Below, piece after piece: positions 16,035-25,419 of a DNA stretch of 62,448 nt. The stretch's first letter is position 1; every line of letters starts with the position of its first letter. Origin of the DNA: Minisyncoccota bacterium (GTDB taxonomy: Bacteria > Patescibacteriota > Minisyncoccia > JAHIHE01 > JAGLIN01); assembly GCA_041661265.1 (NCBI GenBank), contig JBAZUT010000009.1:1-62448 (forward strand), in the 5' to 3' direction. The notes below the pieces were generated by a model. The model saw only the letters and a program-made list of their open reading frames with translations. It was not told the origin of the DNA and ran no database searches. Both the position numbers and the translations under genes were made by a program.

Positions 16035-16928
16035 TTGCAAAACAGAATACCGAAAATAAAAAACACCGAATTGAAAATCGTTGCCTCTGCCGGCGCAGTG
16101 CACTATGGCAACGGATACTTTTTCAAGCCTATAAAGCTTGCGCAATTCAGCGCGGCAACGACAAAAACACTCACAAGACTGCCAAGAGCGGGAAATTTCA
16201 GATGGCATAAGCCATGGGAAACGATAAAGCCCATCGACGAACATGGAAATGTGGATTACATGAGTTATTCCGGGTTCGTGAACGCGGTGGGACTTTCCAA
16301 CGTCGGAATTGAAAGATGGATCAGGAAATATTATCGTGATATAAAAACACCAGAAAAATTGATCGTTTCGATCGCCGCGGAAAACCTTGATGACCTTCTC
16401 GGCCTGATCAAATTCACCGATGCTCTTGATATTCTTGCGGTCGAACCCAACCTTACATGCCCGAACGACATTTTCTGTGTAGATCAGTGGATGACCGACG
16501 AAAAACTATTCATTGAAACCTTTGAGGCCATCTCTGAGAATTCCCGGCATCCGATCGTCCTGAAACTGAGTGCAAGGCAGAACTATGCCAGCATTGCCGA
16601 GAAGCTGAAAGACAAAGTTTCCGCCGTGAGCATAAACAGCGTTCCATGGGATATCATTTTTCCGGACAGAATTTCCCCGCTCGAACGTTTCGGCGGAGGA
16701 GGCGTCTCCGGAAGAACCGCAAAAGCTTTCACATGGGGAATGGCGCTTTCCATCTCGCGCGTCGCGGACATTCCGGTGATCGTTCCCGGCATATGGGAAG
16801 TGAATGACCTTGAAAGAATAAAAAAGATGGACAGATGGAATCTCGTCCCAAGCATCGGCTCGGGCTCGATCCCTCCGCCATTTCTGAAACCGCTAAAAAT
16901 AATAAAACGGGCCTTGAGGCCCCTCTGA
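16035..16928 (+). CDS. dihydroorotate dehydrogenase-like TIM-barrel protein
   Basis: AAGGAGG RBS with a TTG start. NLTCPN and GGGGVSG resemble class 1 DHOD/DHPD motifs. Confidence 0.55.
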   Translation: MQNRIPKIKNTELKIVASAGAVHYGNGYFFKPIKLAQFSAATTKTLTRLPRAGNFRWHKPWETIKPIDEHGNVDYMSYSGFVNAVGLSNVGIERWIRKYYRDIKTPEKLIVSIAAENLDDLLGLIKFTDALDILAVEPNLTCPNDIFCVDQWMTDEKLFIETFEAISENSRHPIVLKLSARQNYASIAEKLKDKVSAVSINSVPWDIIFPDRISPLERFGGGGVSGRTAKAFTWGMALSISRVADIPVIVPGIWEVNDLERIKKMDRWNLVPSIGSGSIPPPFLKPLKIIKRALRPL

Positions 16929-16954
16929 TCTGAAAAACATTTCAGATTTTTTTT
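16928..16954 (+). terminator. intrinsic terminator
   Basis: ATCTGAAA-aaca-TTTCAGAT followed by T7. Confidence 0.75.
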
Positions 16955-16966
16955 GCTTAGGCCGGC

Positions 16967-17015
16967 AATCCTTAAACTTAGTTTTAGGAATTTCCTAAAA
17001 CTAAGTTTAAGGATT
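16967..17015. repeat. 49-bp perfect palindrome (24-bp arms, 1-nt centre)
   Basis: AATCCTTAAACTTAGTTTTAGGAA-t-TTCCTAAAACTAAGTTTAAGGATT. The right arm overlaps the last codons and stop of nth. Confidence 0.95.
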
Positions 17016-17657
17016 ATTTCTGAAACTGGATACTGATGGACAGATTTTATTAAGAACACATTCTATGCAATTCGGCTTCCTGGCAAAGCAAACATTCCTT
17101 CCATGCATGATGAGCAGGTTTGAAACTTTCCCCCAATCTTCTTTCGGTGTTATTTTCATGAGATCCTTTTCAACTTTCTCCGCATTTGAATTTTGGGAAA
17201 GCCCCAGTCTCAATGAAAGCCTCAGCACATGAGTGTCCACTGCGATCCCTTCGACCTTGCCATATGCTTCGGTCAGAACTATATTCGCCGTTTTTCTTGC
17301 AACTCCGGGAAGCGTGACCAACTCTTCCATTGTATCCGGAACCTTGGAACCGAATTTCTCGAAGATCATTTTTGCGCTGTTGATTATGTTCTTTGCCTTA
17401 TTCCTATAAAATCCCGTGGACCTTATGTCTTTTTCAAACTCTCCGACGTCCGCCCCGACATAGTCCGCAACATTCTTATATTTTTTGAAAAGTTCTTTGG
17501 TCACCAGATTCACGCGCTTATCCGTACATTGCGCAGAAAGTATAGTCGCCACCAGAAGTTCATGGGGCGTCTTGAAATCCAAAGCGGTTTTGGGATCCCC
17601 ATAAACCCCGTTCAACAACATCATTATTTTTTTTATCTGGTTGTTATTTTTAACCAT
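17007..17657 (-). CDS. nth: endonuclease III
   Basis: ILSAQCTDKRVN, the HhH motif LPGVARKTANIVL, DTHVLR, and the Fe-S motif C-x6-C-x2-C-x5-C at the C-terminus. Confidence 0.9.
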   Translation of the reverse strand: MVKNNNQIKKIMMLLNGVYGDPKTALDFKTPHELLVATILSAQCTDKRVNLVTKELFKKYKNVADYVGADVGEFEKDIRSTGFYRNKAKNIINSAKMIFEKFGSKVPDTMEELVTLPGVARKTANIVLTEAYGKVEGIAVDTHVLRLSLRLGLSQNSNAEKVEKDLMKITPKEDWGKVSNLLIMHGRNVCFARKPNCIECVLNKICPSVSSFRNNP

Positions 17658-17693
17658 AATGATCCTTAAGTTTATATAACCCGATAGTGACGG

Positions 17694-18515
17694 CTATTTC
17701 GTATCCTTCACCAAGTTTACGATAAAATCATGAAGAAGCCCGTTGGAATATATGACTGAATTGGATTCCCTGGACAGCTCATTCCCGAATATATCGCTTG
17801 TTCTTCCTCCGGATTCTTCGACGATAAGTTTGTGCGCGATAAAATCCCAATATTGCGCGGAGTTGGAAACATAGCCGACCGCCTTCGTGCTTCCGAGCAA
17901 TCCCGCTTCCTGCGCATTGCTGAACTTGTCCACCTGCCTGAAGAATGGAACGGTTTTATTAAAGATCCTCCCGGTCCATAATCTTTTCTCGAGGCTCTTT
18001 CCGGAACACAGGAGCAGAACTCCGTCTTTCGCTTCAGCGATCCTGCTCACGCTCATCCTTTTTTTGATCTTCAATCTGCGATTGATATGAAACGCCCCGG
18101 CGCCCTTCTTCGCATAATAAAGATCGTCCGCATACGGATAATAATTGAATCCGAAGACCGGCTCGCCTTTTTTCACCAATGCAAGATTGATGCCGAAATG
18201 AGGGATCCTTGCTTCAAAGTTAATTGTTCCCGCAATCGAATCAACGACCCACAAATGATCAGAGCCGGACAGCTTATCATAGTCCGACTCCTCAAACATT
18301 ATGCCATGATCCGGAAAACTATCCGATATCACTTTTTTGATATTACGTGCGGAAAGCCTGTCTGCTTCAGTTTCGATGTCATTTTCGTTCTTGGTCTCCA
18401 CTTTCATCGCAACCGTTGAATCACTCAATAATATTTTCATCAATAGTTTCCCCGAAGATTCAAGAGATCTGACTGCGACTTTGAATATTTTGTTATCCTC
18501 GGTGTTTCGATCCAT
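17694..18515 (-). CDS. inositol monophosphatase/FBPase-family protein
   Basis: WVVDSIAGTINF and WDFIAHKLIVEESGG motifs. The start is placed at the ATG at 18515. The track TTG at 18560 lies inside the GC-rich hairpin region. Confidence 0.75.
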   Translation of the reverse strand: MDRNTEDNKIFKVAVRSLESSGKLLMKILLSDSTVAMKVETKNENDIETEADRLSARNIKKVISDSFPDHGIMFEESDYDKLSGSDHLWVVDSIAGTINFEARIPHFGINLALVKKGEPVFGFNYYPYADDLYYAKKGAGAFHINRRLKIKKRMSVSRIAEAKDGVLLLCSGKSLEKRLWTGRIFNKTVPFFRQVDKFSNAQEAGLLGSTKAVGYVSNSAQYWDFIAHKLIVEESGGRTSDIFGNELSRESNSVIYSNGLLHDFIVNLVKDTK

Positions 18516-18614
18516 AAAACGATAAATAAATATTTGGCGATAAGCTTGCCGCTCTTTCAAAGCATGCCTTGGCCTTGAATAGTGCTTGCACTACGAATCC
18601 GCCACCTGGCGGAG

Positions 18615-18637
18615 AAGTAGTGGACCTGGCGAGAATC
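18615..18637 (-). repeat. 23-bp direct repeat copy 2: duplicated 3' end of tRNA-Ala(CGC)
   Basis: aagtagtggacctggcgagaatc is identical to 18749..18771. Confidence 0.95.
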
Positions 18638-18649
18638 CCTGTCCGCCTT

Positions 18650-18733
18650 GGGTGTAGGCTCATGTCCCTGCCTGCCGGCCCGCTTCGCCGAAAGCTGACA
18701 GCGAGGCGAGCAGGCAGGTCTGCAATTTGCCCC
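18650..18733 (-). ncRNA. GC-rich long hairpin RNA candidate (4.5S/SRP-like? unresolved)
   Basis: 9-bp stem CCUGCCUGC/GCAGGCAGG enclosing ..CGCUGUCAGCUUUCGGCGAAGCGGGCC.. GGGG/CACCC pairing is possible at the ends. No credible ORF. Confidence 0.35.
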
Positions 18734-18748
18734 GTTAGATATACACTA

Positions 18749-18771
18749 AAGTAGTGGACCTGGCGAGAATC
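18749..18771 (-). repeat. 23-bp direct repeat copy 1 (T-arm 3' half + acceptor 3' strand + 4 nt of trailer of tRNA-Ala)
   Basis: Identical to 18615..18637. Confidence 0.95.
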
Positions 18772-18825
18772 GGACTCGCGTCTCCGCAATGCGAATGCGA
18801 TGTATTACCACTGTACTACAGGCCC
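18755..18825 (-). tRNA. tRNA-Ala (CGC)
   Basis: Hand fold: acceptor GGGCCTG/CAGGTCC with G3:U70, anticodon arm TCGCA-TTCGCAT-TGCGG, T-arm GCGAG-TCCGATT-CTCGC, discriminator A. No encoded CCA. Confidence 0.9.
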
Positions 18826-19072
18826 GCGATCATTCTAACATACTAACATTTTAACATTTAAACAAATAACCGCCATACGACACAGATTCGTTAGCATATT
18901 GTCATATTAAAATGCTAATATGCTTAAATGTCAGCATGTCGTTATATTACCAAAAAATAGAAAAAACACAAGATGCTCCACCGCATAAATCCCGAATACC
19001 GGTCAAAAAGACAAAAAATTAGAAATGAACTAAATTCATTTCTAATTAAACACAACAGATTAATTGACTTTC

Positions 19073-19360
19073 CTATATGCCTCTTTCCGAATCTTGCACT
19101 TTCTTAACTCCCTTTATGCTAGTCATCGTCGCATTAATATGTTCAGATACCAAATCATGAATCTCTTTTTCGCCCTCCGCAACCCCGGCTTCATCGATCT
19201 CGCCCTTATGATACCTTTCCATTAATAGATCTATTTTATCGCCTATGATCTTCCGGCTTGCATTCCCAAAATTTTCCATCATATATTCCGTCTTTTCATT
19301 ATTTTCATCTATGATAGACCTTGGCATTTTTTCTTCTGGCATTTTTTCCATTGGATTCAT
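19073..19360 (-). CDS. hypothetical acidic protein
   Basis: 95-aa ORF with no recognisable motif. Confidence 0.5.
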   Translation of the reverse strand: MNPMEKMPEEKMPRSIIDENNEKTEYMMENFGNASRKIIGDKIDLLMERYHKGEIDEAGVAEGEKEIHDLVSEHINATMTSIKGVKKVQDSERGI

Positions 19361-19408
19361 TTGTTTTATTTAATTGATTACATGTATATTATAGCACAAA
19401 ATAACCGC

Positions 19409-19990
19409 TTATGCAAGAGACAAAATGACCGGTGTAATGAAGCTTTCGACGAATGCGGCCACAAAAAGAAGAGGAACGACCAGCAGTATGAAATATTTAA
19501 CCGCATCATATAATTCATCGATAATGCTGACATTTTTTCTCCGGACTTTCGCCATTACCGTCGAACCTATTTTCATTCCCATGGATGAAGCGATAATAGC
19601 CGCGGGGATCTCGAATATTCCGTGAGGCACGATCCCAAGTATAAAATACAAAAAAGAAGCTTTCTTCACGACCAGGACCATAAAAACTCCGATTATGACT
19701 CCGTTTGCAATGATCATTGTGACGGCAGAAATTCCGAATACCAAAGACTCGATCAATGCATAAAACAGCGCCGTTACATTGTTTTTAAACAAAAAAGAAA
19801 AAAGTTCGAATCTTGAAAGATCCATTCCGCCGGAAAGAGCATCCGCCGCCCAGTCGATCACCGCCTGCGTTTCCTTCTCGTGATATGCAGCGACATAGAC
19901 TCCGACCACCACCGAAAGAATGAGCAGCCGGACGCTAAACCTGATATAACCCTTCAGAGTACGAAGATAATCGAATATTGGACCGTTCAT
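19409..19990 (-). CDS. SpoIIM-like (DUF95) membrane protein
   Basis: Polytopic protein with the IVPHGIFEIPAAIIASSMG motif. Confidence 0.65.
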   Translation of the reverse strand: MNGPIFDYLRTLKGYIRFSVRLLILSVVVGVYVAAYHEKETQAVIDWAADALSGGMDLSRFELFSFLFKNNVTALFYALIESLVFGISAVTMIIANGVIIGVFMVLVVKKASFLYFILGIVPHGIFEIPAAIIASSMGMKIGSTVMAKVRRKNVSIIDELYDAVKYFILLVVPLLFVAAFVESFITPVILSLA

Positions 19991-20133
19991 TTCGATAGTA
20001 GCAAATGCTTAATATCCATATTATACCCTTTTCATACAATTGCGTCACTCACATCTATTACACGATCATTGACATTTCGCCGGATTTCCGTTAATATCGA
20101 CATGCAATTGATCATTGTACAAACGGAGGAATT

Positions 20134-20919
20134 ATGGAAACAAAAACCGGCCACTATTGGCAAGATTTGAATTTTGCGCTATTTGAAGCGCTTAGCGGCA
20201 TGAAAAGATCTCCCACCATTAATCAGAAAAGGGACCTGGCGTCATTCATGATGCATGTATTGGATGAAGAAAATGGGATACCTGTCGCCGATCTGAAATT
20301 CAGAACCAATTTCAATGACAAAAAGTTTTTAACGTTGAAGGAAGTTCTCACTGATGCAGGACTAATATCCGAGATCAGCTCCGGGACGCCATACGGAGAC
20401 GGTGAAATTGCGAGCATCAAACCCACAGACAAGATCAGACGCTTCACGAGAGAGATCTATCACGCCTCCAACGGCAACGGCAAATGCAACTGCCCGAAGA
20501 AGAATGTTATGAATATACCGAAAGATGCGATCGTCAGCCAAAGAGATATGGTGTCCGTGATCACAATCCCGGATCGGAAAGAAATTCAGAAGAAGAATCC
20601 GGTCATTGTAAAGCCTGCTTCCGGAAGAAAGAGGATAGAAGTCCAGAAACAAAACATCGAACCTATTCCAAAAAAGAAGCCGGACAAAGAGCTTGCCTAT
20701 CTCGTCATCGTAAACAAAGCGCATATAAACGAGATCCGCGAACATTTGACGGACAAGGGCGATACGGGTATGGACTTGAAAACATTATTCGAAAAATGGA
20801 AGATCCCCTACTCGCAAGCCTCAATCGACAGACTGAAAATGTATCTGGGGATCAACAAAGTAGACTTCGTTCTTGAAGGAATGTTTCCGAAAATAAAATT
20901 GCTTGGAAAATCTGAATGA
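20134..20919 (+). CDS. hypothetical protein
   Basis: GGAGG RBS. 261 aa with a Lys-rich central linker. Confidence 0.6.
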   Translation: METKTGHYWQDLNFALFEALSGMKRSPTINQKRDLASFMMHVLDEENGIPVADLKFRTNFNDKKFLTLKEVLTDAGLISEISSGTPYGDGEIASIKPTDKIRRFTREIYHASNGNGKCNCPKKNVMNIPKDAIVSQRDMVSVITIPDRKEIQKKNPVIVKPASGRKRIEVQKQNIEPIPKKKPDKELAYLVIVNKAHINEIREHLTDKGDTGMDLKTLFEKWKIPYSQASIDRLKMYLGINKVDFVLEGMFPKIKLLGKSE

Positions 20920-20928
20920 AATAAACAT

Positions 20929-20954
20929 TGACGACATCGATCGTCATTTTTTTT
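20929..20954 (+). terminator. intrinsic terminator
   Basis: TGACGA-catcga-TCGTCA followed by T8. Confidence 0.75.
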
Positions 20955-21048
20955 ATTTGCCGGCAGAAGATAAAATAATATTATCAACAAGCTCCTTTTG
21001 ACACATGAAGCGCAATAACCGATAATCAGAATAAAGGGAGTTGATAGC

Positions 21049-21528
21049 ATGAAAATAGCAATAGAGGCCGAAAAGCTCTTTTCCACAAATCTCCGGAATG
21101 TTTATGCCTGCCTGAAGGACAGTCCATGCGCCGCAAGAGATATTGTTTCGAAAGCCTGCAAAAAGGGCATGTCCTTCCCTCACCCCAGAGAAGATGTCCG
21201 GAAGTCCCTGGCCATTCTTGAAATCACGGGCATTGCGGACAAAAAGGTCTCCGGTTTGTCGCACTTCTTTGAATTATCCGAAAATGCCGCGATAGATCCC
21301 GAGAATATCTATGAGATAACAAGAGGCGTAAGCAGAGCCCTGGATGAACTGGGATCCGACTGGACGGAAATGCCTGTTGAAGATCTCCGCCATGCACTGG
21401 CGGATCTCCGTGATAAAGATTTTCACGAGATCATGGACCTTCTGGCGAAGAAAAGGAAAATAAGAATAGAGAACGGAAGGGTGATAAAGAACATAACCAC
21501 ATATACATATAAAAAAACAAGCGACTGA
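21049..21528 (+). CDS. hypothetical protein (possible winged-helix)
   Basis: AGGGAG RBS. 159 aa. Confidence 0.55.
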   Translation: MKIAIEAEKLFSTNLRNVYACLKDSPCAARDIVSKACKKGMSFPHPREDVRKSLAILEITGIADKKVSGLSHFFELSENAAIDPENIYEITRGVSRALDELGSDWTEMPVEDLRHALADLRDKDFHEIMDLLAKKRKIRIENGRVIKNITTYTYKKTSD

Positions 21529-21545
21529 ACACAGTTGCTTTTTTA
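21520..21545 (+). terminator. intrinsic terminator
   Basis: AGCGACTG-aaca-CAGTTGCT followed by T6. Confidence 0.7.
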
Positions 21546-21937
21546 TTCGGTACGCTTCCCGGAACAAGAACAAGGATTTGAGGAGATAAGGAAAGAAAGA
21601 TCTATATCTCCGAATATCGCTCAATACGCGGAGCATCTTCCTTTCCTTACATGGCTATAGACCTTTATCGGCTTTTGTTTGTTTTATAGGAGGTTCCTAA
21701 AAAAGAGTGCCGATTTTGTTAAGGCCTAATCCGAATCCGCTTTCTTTGAATTGAATTCCGATCAAGCCTTACCTTGAAAATGAGATATTAACAAAAAAAA
21801 CATACCCCTCGTATGCTTCATTCAATCAATGATAAACCGTAGTTCATATTAATATATTTTAGCTGCCCTGAGTATAGCACACCCCAATTATGGAGTCAAT
21901 AAAGTTTTAGCCTCAAAGTTTTACACCGCACTTTTGC

Positions 21938-23032
21938 CTATTTTCTCGCTACGCAAACCTTCCTGACCGGATCGCAACCCTTTCTGTTTTTTATGGAAGA
22001 ACTCAGAGCGCAGTCCTTTGGCGTCGGATATTGTCTCTCCCAGGCCGGTCCATATAACCTGTTTATAATAGCCCAGACGCACCCGCTGCTGTCGGATACC
22101 CTCGCCAGATTCGGCATCGCGCCCATGGCTCCCGATTCATCCGTCGTGGCAAAAAAATAATATTGGCAATCCGTATCCGCATTGCACCTGACAATATATT
22201 CGCTGCCGGCAAGTCCGCTGCTGCCGGTCGTATCGGACGCGGCTCCTCCGCCATCTGTCTCCCGGGCATTTTTTGTTTCATTGCCGGCAAGATATATTGA
22301 ATAGCCGACCAGAGAAAGCGCCATGAGAAACAGATAGATCGCGAATATCTTATTACGGAACGACTGCTCGCCGGCCCTTGCTTTGTTTTTCTCAAAATAC
22401 CGCTTTTCTTCATAGAATCGCTTCTCTTCCGCACTGGTTGAGAATTTCTGAGGCTTATTGAAATTCCTTTTATCTGTCATCATGGTGTTCGAATTGAATG
22501 AACCGGCACTCAACGGAGTCATCCTGAAACTTCGATAACTTTGCTGATTCAGCATATTCTTGATCTTAAGTTTCTTTGACAGAGCGGCATTCACCATTGC
22601 CGAATCGCGCACTCCCGCCCTCAGTTTTATCTGGCTCCCCCCCACTCTTTCCAGCATAAAATCATCGCCGGCATATTTTTTCAAAAAAGATCCATAGAGA
22701 GGCTTTGCAACGCTGTATGGGCAATAGCTTGTGAGTTCGTTCCAAAGATATTTATGACTGCGTTGATTTCTGATATTTTCTACGGTCACACCCTCATTAT
22801 CGATCTTATATTTTTCCAACACCGCACCGCCGCCGGATGCTGAACTTTCGTCGCGCGACATCTTGCCTATCAAAATAAAAACGAAGACAAGAATAAGAAT
22901 AGCGATGCCGGGAGATACGAAAAACATTATTATCATGACAAAATAAACGCTTTCAATCGTCTGCGAATACTGTTTATTCTTCTCGGCTGCATAATTCAAA
23001 CTCCACTCAAAAGGCGCGATCTGTTTTTCCAT
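21938..23032 (-). CDS. hypothetical membrane protein
   Basis: 364 aa with hydrophobic segments near residues 30-55 and 225-245, and a Cys-containing C-terminal domain. Confidence 0.55.
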   Translation of the reverse strand: MEKQIAPFEWSLNYAAEKNKQYSQTIESVYFVMIIMFFVSPGIAILILVFVFILIGKMSRDESSASGGGAVLEKYKIDNEGVTVENIRNQRSHKYLWNELTSYCPYSVAKPLYGSFLKKYAGDDFMLERVGGSQIKLRAGVRDSAMVNAALSKKLKIKNMLNQQSYRSFRMTPLSAGSFNSNTMMTDKRNFNKPQKFSTSAEEKRFYEEKRYFEKNKARAGEQSFRNKIFAIYLFLMALSLVGYSIYLAGNETKNARETDGGGAASDTTGSSGLAGSEYIVRCNADTDCQYYFFATTDESGAMGAMPNLARVSDSSGCVWAIINRLYGPAWERQYPTPKDCALSSSIKNRKGCDPVRKVCVARK

Positions 23033-23207
23033 ATTCTTTGTTAAAATAGTATCTTACACATATTTTAACACCAATAACCCGTCGAGTCCACTTGCATATA
23101 TTGACATTTACCCTTTTTCTCTATAGAATGCATAGAACATGTTTTGAGCCGAGATATCGTCATTTGCTCGGATCCATGCTCAAAAAACTGTATATGGAGG
23201 TTTTATT

Positions 23208-24053
23208 ATGGATCATTTATGGAGAATCGAGGTCGTTGATGGAAAATTGGCGGACGCATCAGCCGATGCGATAATAATGACCATCGATCCGAACAGGATG
23301 TTCTTTCGAAAGATCGACCGTGATATCCGACGTTCGCAAAAAGGACAAGGCGGCGCATATTATACGCAACTTCCGATCAAGGGGATCGAGAACCTGGGCA
23401 CATTTATCGCAAAAAGCGATTATGAGATCAGGGTCGAATCCGATAAATACAACCTTGACGCCTGTATTTGTCCCTCATGCAGGAACTACGGCAAATTCCC
23501 GGAAAACAACAGACAAAAATTGCTATGTTCGCCGGAAACGGAAAGGTCCAGTTGCATAATCGCATCCTCGGATTGCATATGCCGTAAGTGTCCGATCCAC
23601 AGAAGATCATATCTTCGCAAGGAACTCTATTGCAGAGCAGAAATAGCAAAGCCAAAAAGCGAAATAAAATATCCCGACATAATTTTTGTGTCGGATAGAT
23701 ACATTTCCAGGCTTTCCGACATCGTAATCAGCGGACTTTCAGCTGCCGACAGTGCGGGATTCAGACATATTGCGTTTCCGCCGTTTCGCCACGACATTAT
23801 ATGGAGAGAGATAGAGAACAGCAACAGCGAAAAGAGCCGGGAGATCGCAGCCGGACTGAATCGATATTTTCTGGATCACCCGGATTCAAAGATCGAATCA
23901 ATAGAGATAATCGTCGATGACGATTCCGTTGTCTTTACAGAGCTGATCCTTGAGATCGAAAAACACAAAATATTAAAAAGAGTGTTGAAAAAAGAAAAAT
24001 ACAGCATTGCCAAGGCCTTCAAGAATTTATTTAAGAAAAACGCAGTATCCTAA
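23208..24053 (+). CDS. macro-domain-like protein with a Cys-rich insertion
   Basis: TGGAGGT RBS. IEVVDGKLADASADAIIMTID and GFRHIAFPPF resemble the macro-domain N- and C-terminal motifs. An insertion CICPSCRNYG...CIIASSDCICRKCPIH lies between them. Confidence 0.4.
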   Translation: MDHLWRIEVVDGKLADASADAIIMTIDPNRMFFRKIDRDIRRSQKGQGGAYYTQLPIKGIENLGTFIAKSDYEIRVESDKYNLDACICPSCRNYGKFPENNRQKLLCSPETERSSCIIASSDCICRKCPIHRRSYLRKELYCRAEIAKPKSEIKYPDIIFVSDRYISRLSDIVISGLSAADSAGFRHIAFPPFRHDIIWREIENSNSEKSREIAAGLNRYFLDHPDSKIESIEIIVDDDSVVFTELILEIEKHKILKRVLKKEKYSIAKAFKNLFKKNAVS

Positions 24054-24177
24054 AAACAAGGATACTGCTATTTTATTTAACATTATCATTGCCGTATTAT
24101 TGACATGGACAATATTTTATGTTACACTCTGCCGTTGCCCAAAATATATGATCTATGGCGACACAAAGGAGGATATC

Positions 24178-24597
24178 ATGGAACCAGATGAAAAAACCGA
24201 GAAAACCGATTTAACAAATGTAATATTATTCGTAGCGGGAGCGATCATATCGAACATTGCAATATTCGTGAACTTAGAAGGAGCACCTTCAACCGCTATG
24301 CGTGATTCGTTTACGCTGTTTGCGGGATCAAGCGGAATGTTCCTCGTCTTCATCATCAGAGTTACTGTGCATAGGCAAAGAATGAAACATACATCAGTCA
24401 CATTACTGCGCTGGATCTTTATGGTCCTCTCATTTGGACTTATAGCGGCAGGTTACTATCTGCTAAGCGAGAAAATTAACATGATCCTGGCGGCAAACTT
24501 CGCATGGTTCGCAGCCATATTGATGATGACTGCAGCATTCTTAGCTCATTACGAAGCGAGACAAAAAACAACAGGAGGCAATAATGAAAACAATTAG
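24178..24597 (+). CDS. hypothetical membrane protein
   Basis: AAGGAGG RBS before the ATG at 24178. A TTGACA/TGTTACACT promoter at ~24101-24128 excludes the track start at 24007. About 4 TM helices. Confidence 0.6.
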   Translation: MEPDEKTEKTDLTNVILFVAGAIISNIAIFVNLEGAPSTAMRDSFTLFAGSSGMFLVFIIRVTVHRQRMKHTSVTLLRWIFMVLSFGLIAAGYYLLSEKINMILAANFAWFAAILMMTAAFLAHYEARQKTTGGNNENN

Positions 24598-25126
24598 TGG
24601 AAAAGAAGCAAGCCAAATATTATGCAAAAATGGCTTTATAGGTGAAGAATATTATGTCATAGGACAAATCCTGATACCGGAGAATTTCAGAGGACACGGA
24701 GCAGAGATCTATTGCTCGAATTCCGGCATACTGGTCAAGTGCCACCTGAAACACTTGGCGATCCTACAAGGAGTAACTGCGGTCTTGGAGATCGCTGACA
24801 ATTCGTTTGTGGAAAAAATAACGGTCAATGGAAGCGTGGAGGCCTTGATCTTCAGTCAAAGTGAGAAGGGATCATCTCCCGGAAGAGTAAAGGAGCTGCT
24901 GGTCGGATCGGGTCTTCTCCAGGCATATGACTACACTGGCATGGGAATCCTTTCGGTATGCAATGGCGGAGCGATCGACTCAGTTCGCATTCAGAAGAAT
25001 GCGCATTTAACCAGCGCAATAGTTGAGAACCTGCTTCTCGCGCAACAACTCCAGATGCAAGGAATAAAAACATACATAAGCCAGGAAAACATCAAAAAAG
25101 GCATGAAAAAGATGATGCTTGGCTGA
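24584..25126 (+). CDS. hypothetical protein
   Basis: AGGAGG RBS. Overlaps the upstream gene by 14 nt. Confidence 0.6.
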   Translation: MKTISGKEASQILCKNGFIGEEYYVIGQILIPENFRGHGAEIYCSNSGILVKCHLKHLAILQGVTAVLEIADNSFVEKITVNGSVEALIFSQSEKGSSPGRVKELLVGSGLLQAYDYTGMGILSVCNGGAIDSVRIQKNAHLTSAIVENLLLAQQLQMQGIKTYISQENIKKGMKKMMLG

Positions 25127-25134
25127 ATAAAAAC

Positions 25135-25175
25135 AAGAGTGATCACGGAATCGATCCGCACATCACTCTTTTTTC
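25135..25175 (+). terminator. intrinsic terminator
   Basis: AAGAGTGAT-(18 nt)-ATCACTCTT followed by a T-run. Confidence 0.65.
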
Positions 25176-25220
25176 ATATCTGCTAATATAGTTATTGCTG
25201 GTATAGTCTGAATTCTGATC

Positions 25221-25313
25221 GTCATTGCGAGGAGGTACGACGAAGCAATCTTGTTTTTTGGTTTAGTTGCGGGATTGCTTCGTCTCCGCCGACTGGCGGA
25301 TTCTCGCAATGAC
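25221..25313. repeat. REP-like imperfect inverted repeat (GTCATTGCGAGG...CGAAGCAATC type) between convergent genes
   Basis: Arms 25221-25250 and 25273-25313, with a nested CCGCC-gact-GGCGG hairpin. Related in ends to 10843..10949. Confidence 0.6.
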
Positions 25314-25419
25314 ATGGTTTATGACTATTTCATCAGAAACTAATATTGCATCCGGCCGGCCATATGGGACATTGAACGGCATTCTAGGGTGAATATGCCG
25401 CATTCATCTCCTTCAATGA

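Noticed and set aside
18493-18789. Track ORFs 18493..18789(-) and 18569..18754(+).
   Set aside because: They run through tRNA-Ala(CGC), its duplicated 3' end and GC-rich hairpins. Their composition is Arg/Pro/Gly-rich and they have no RBS.
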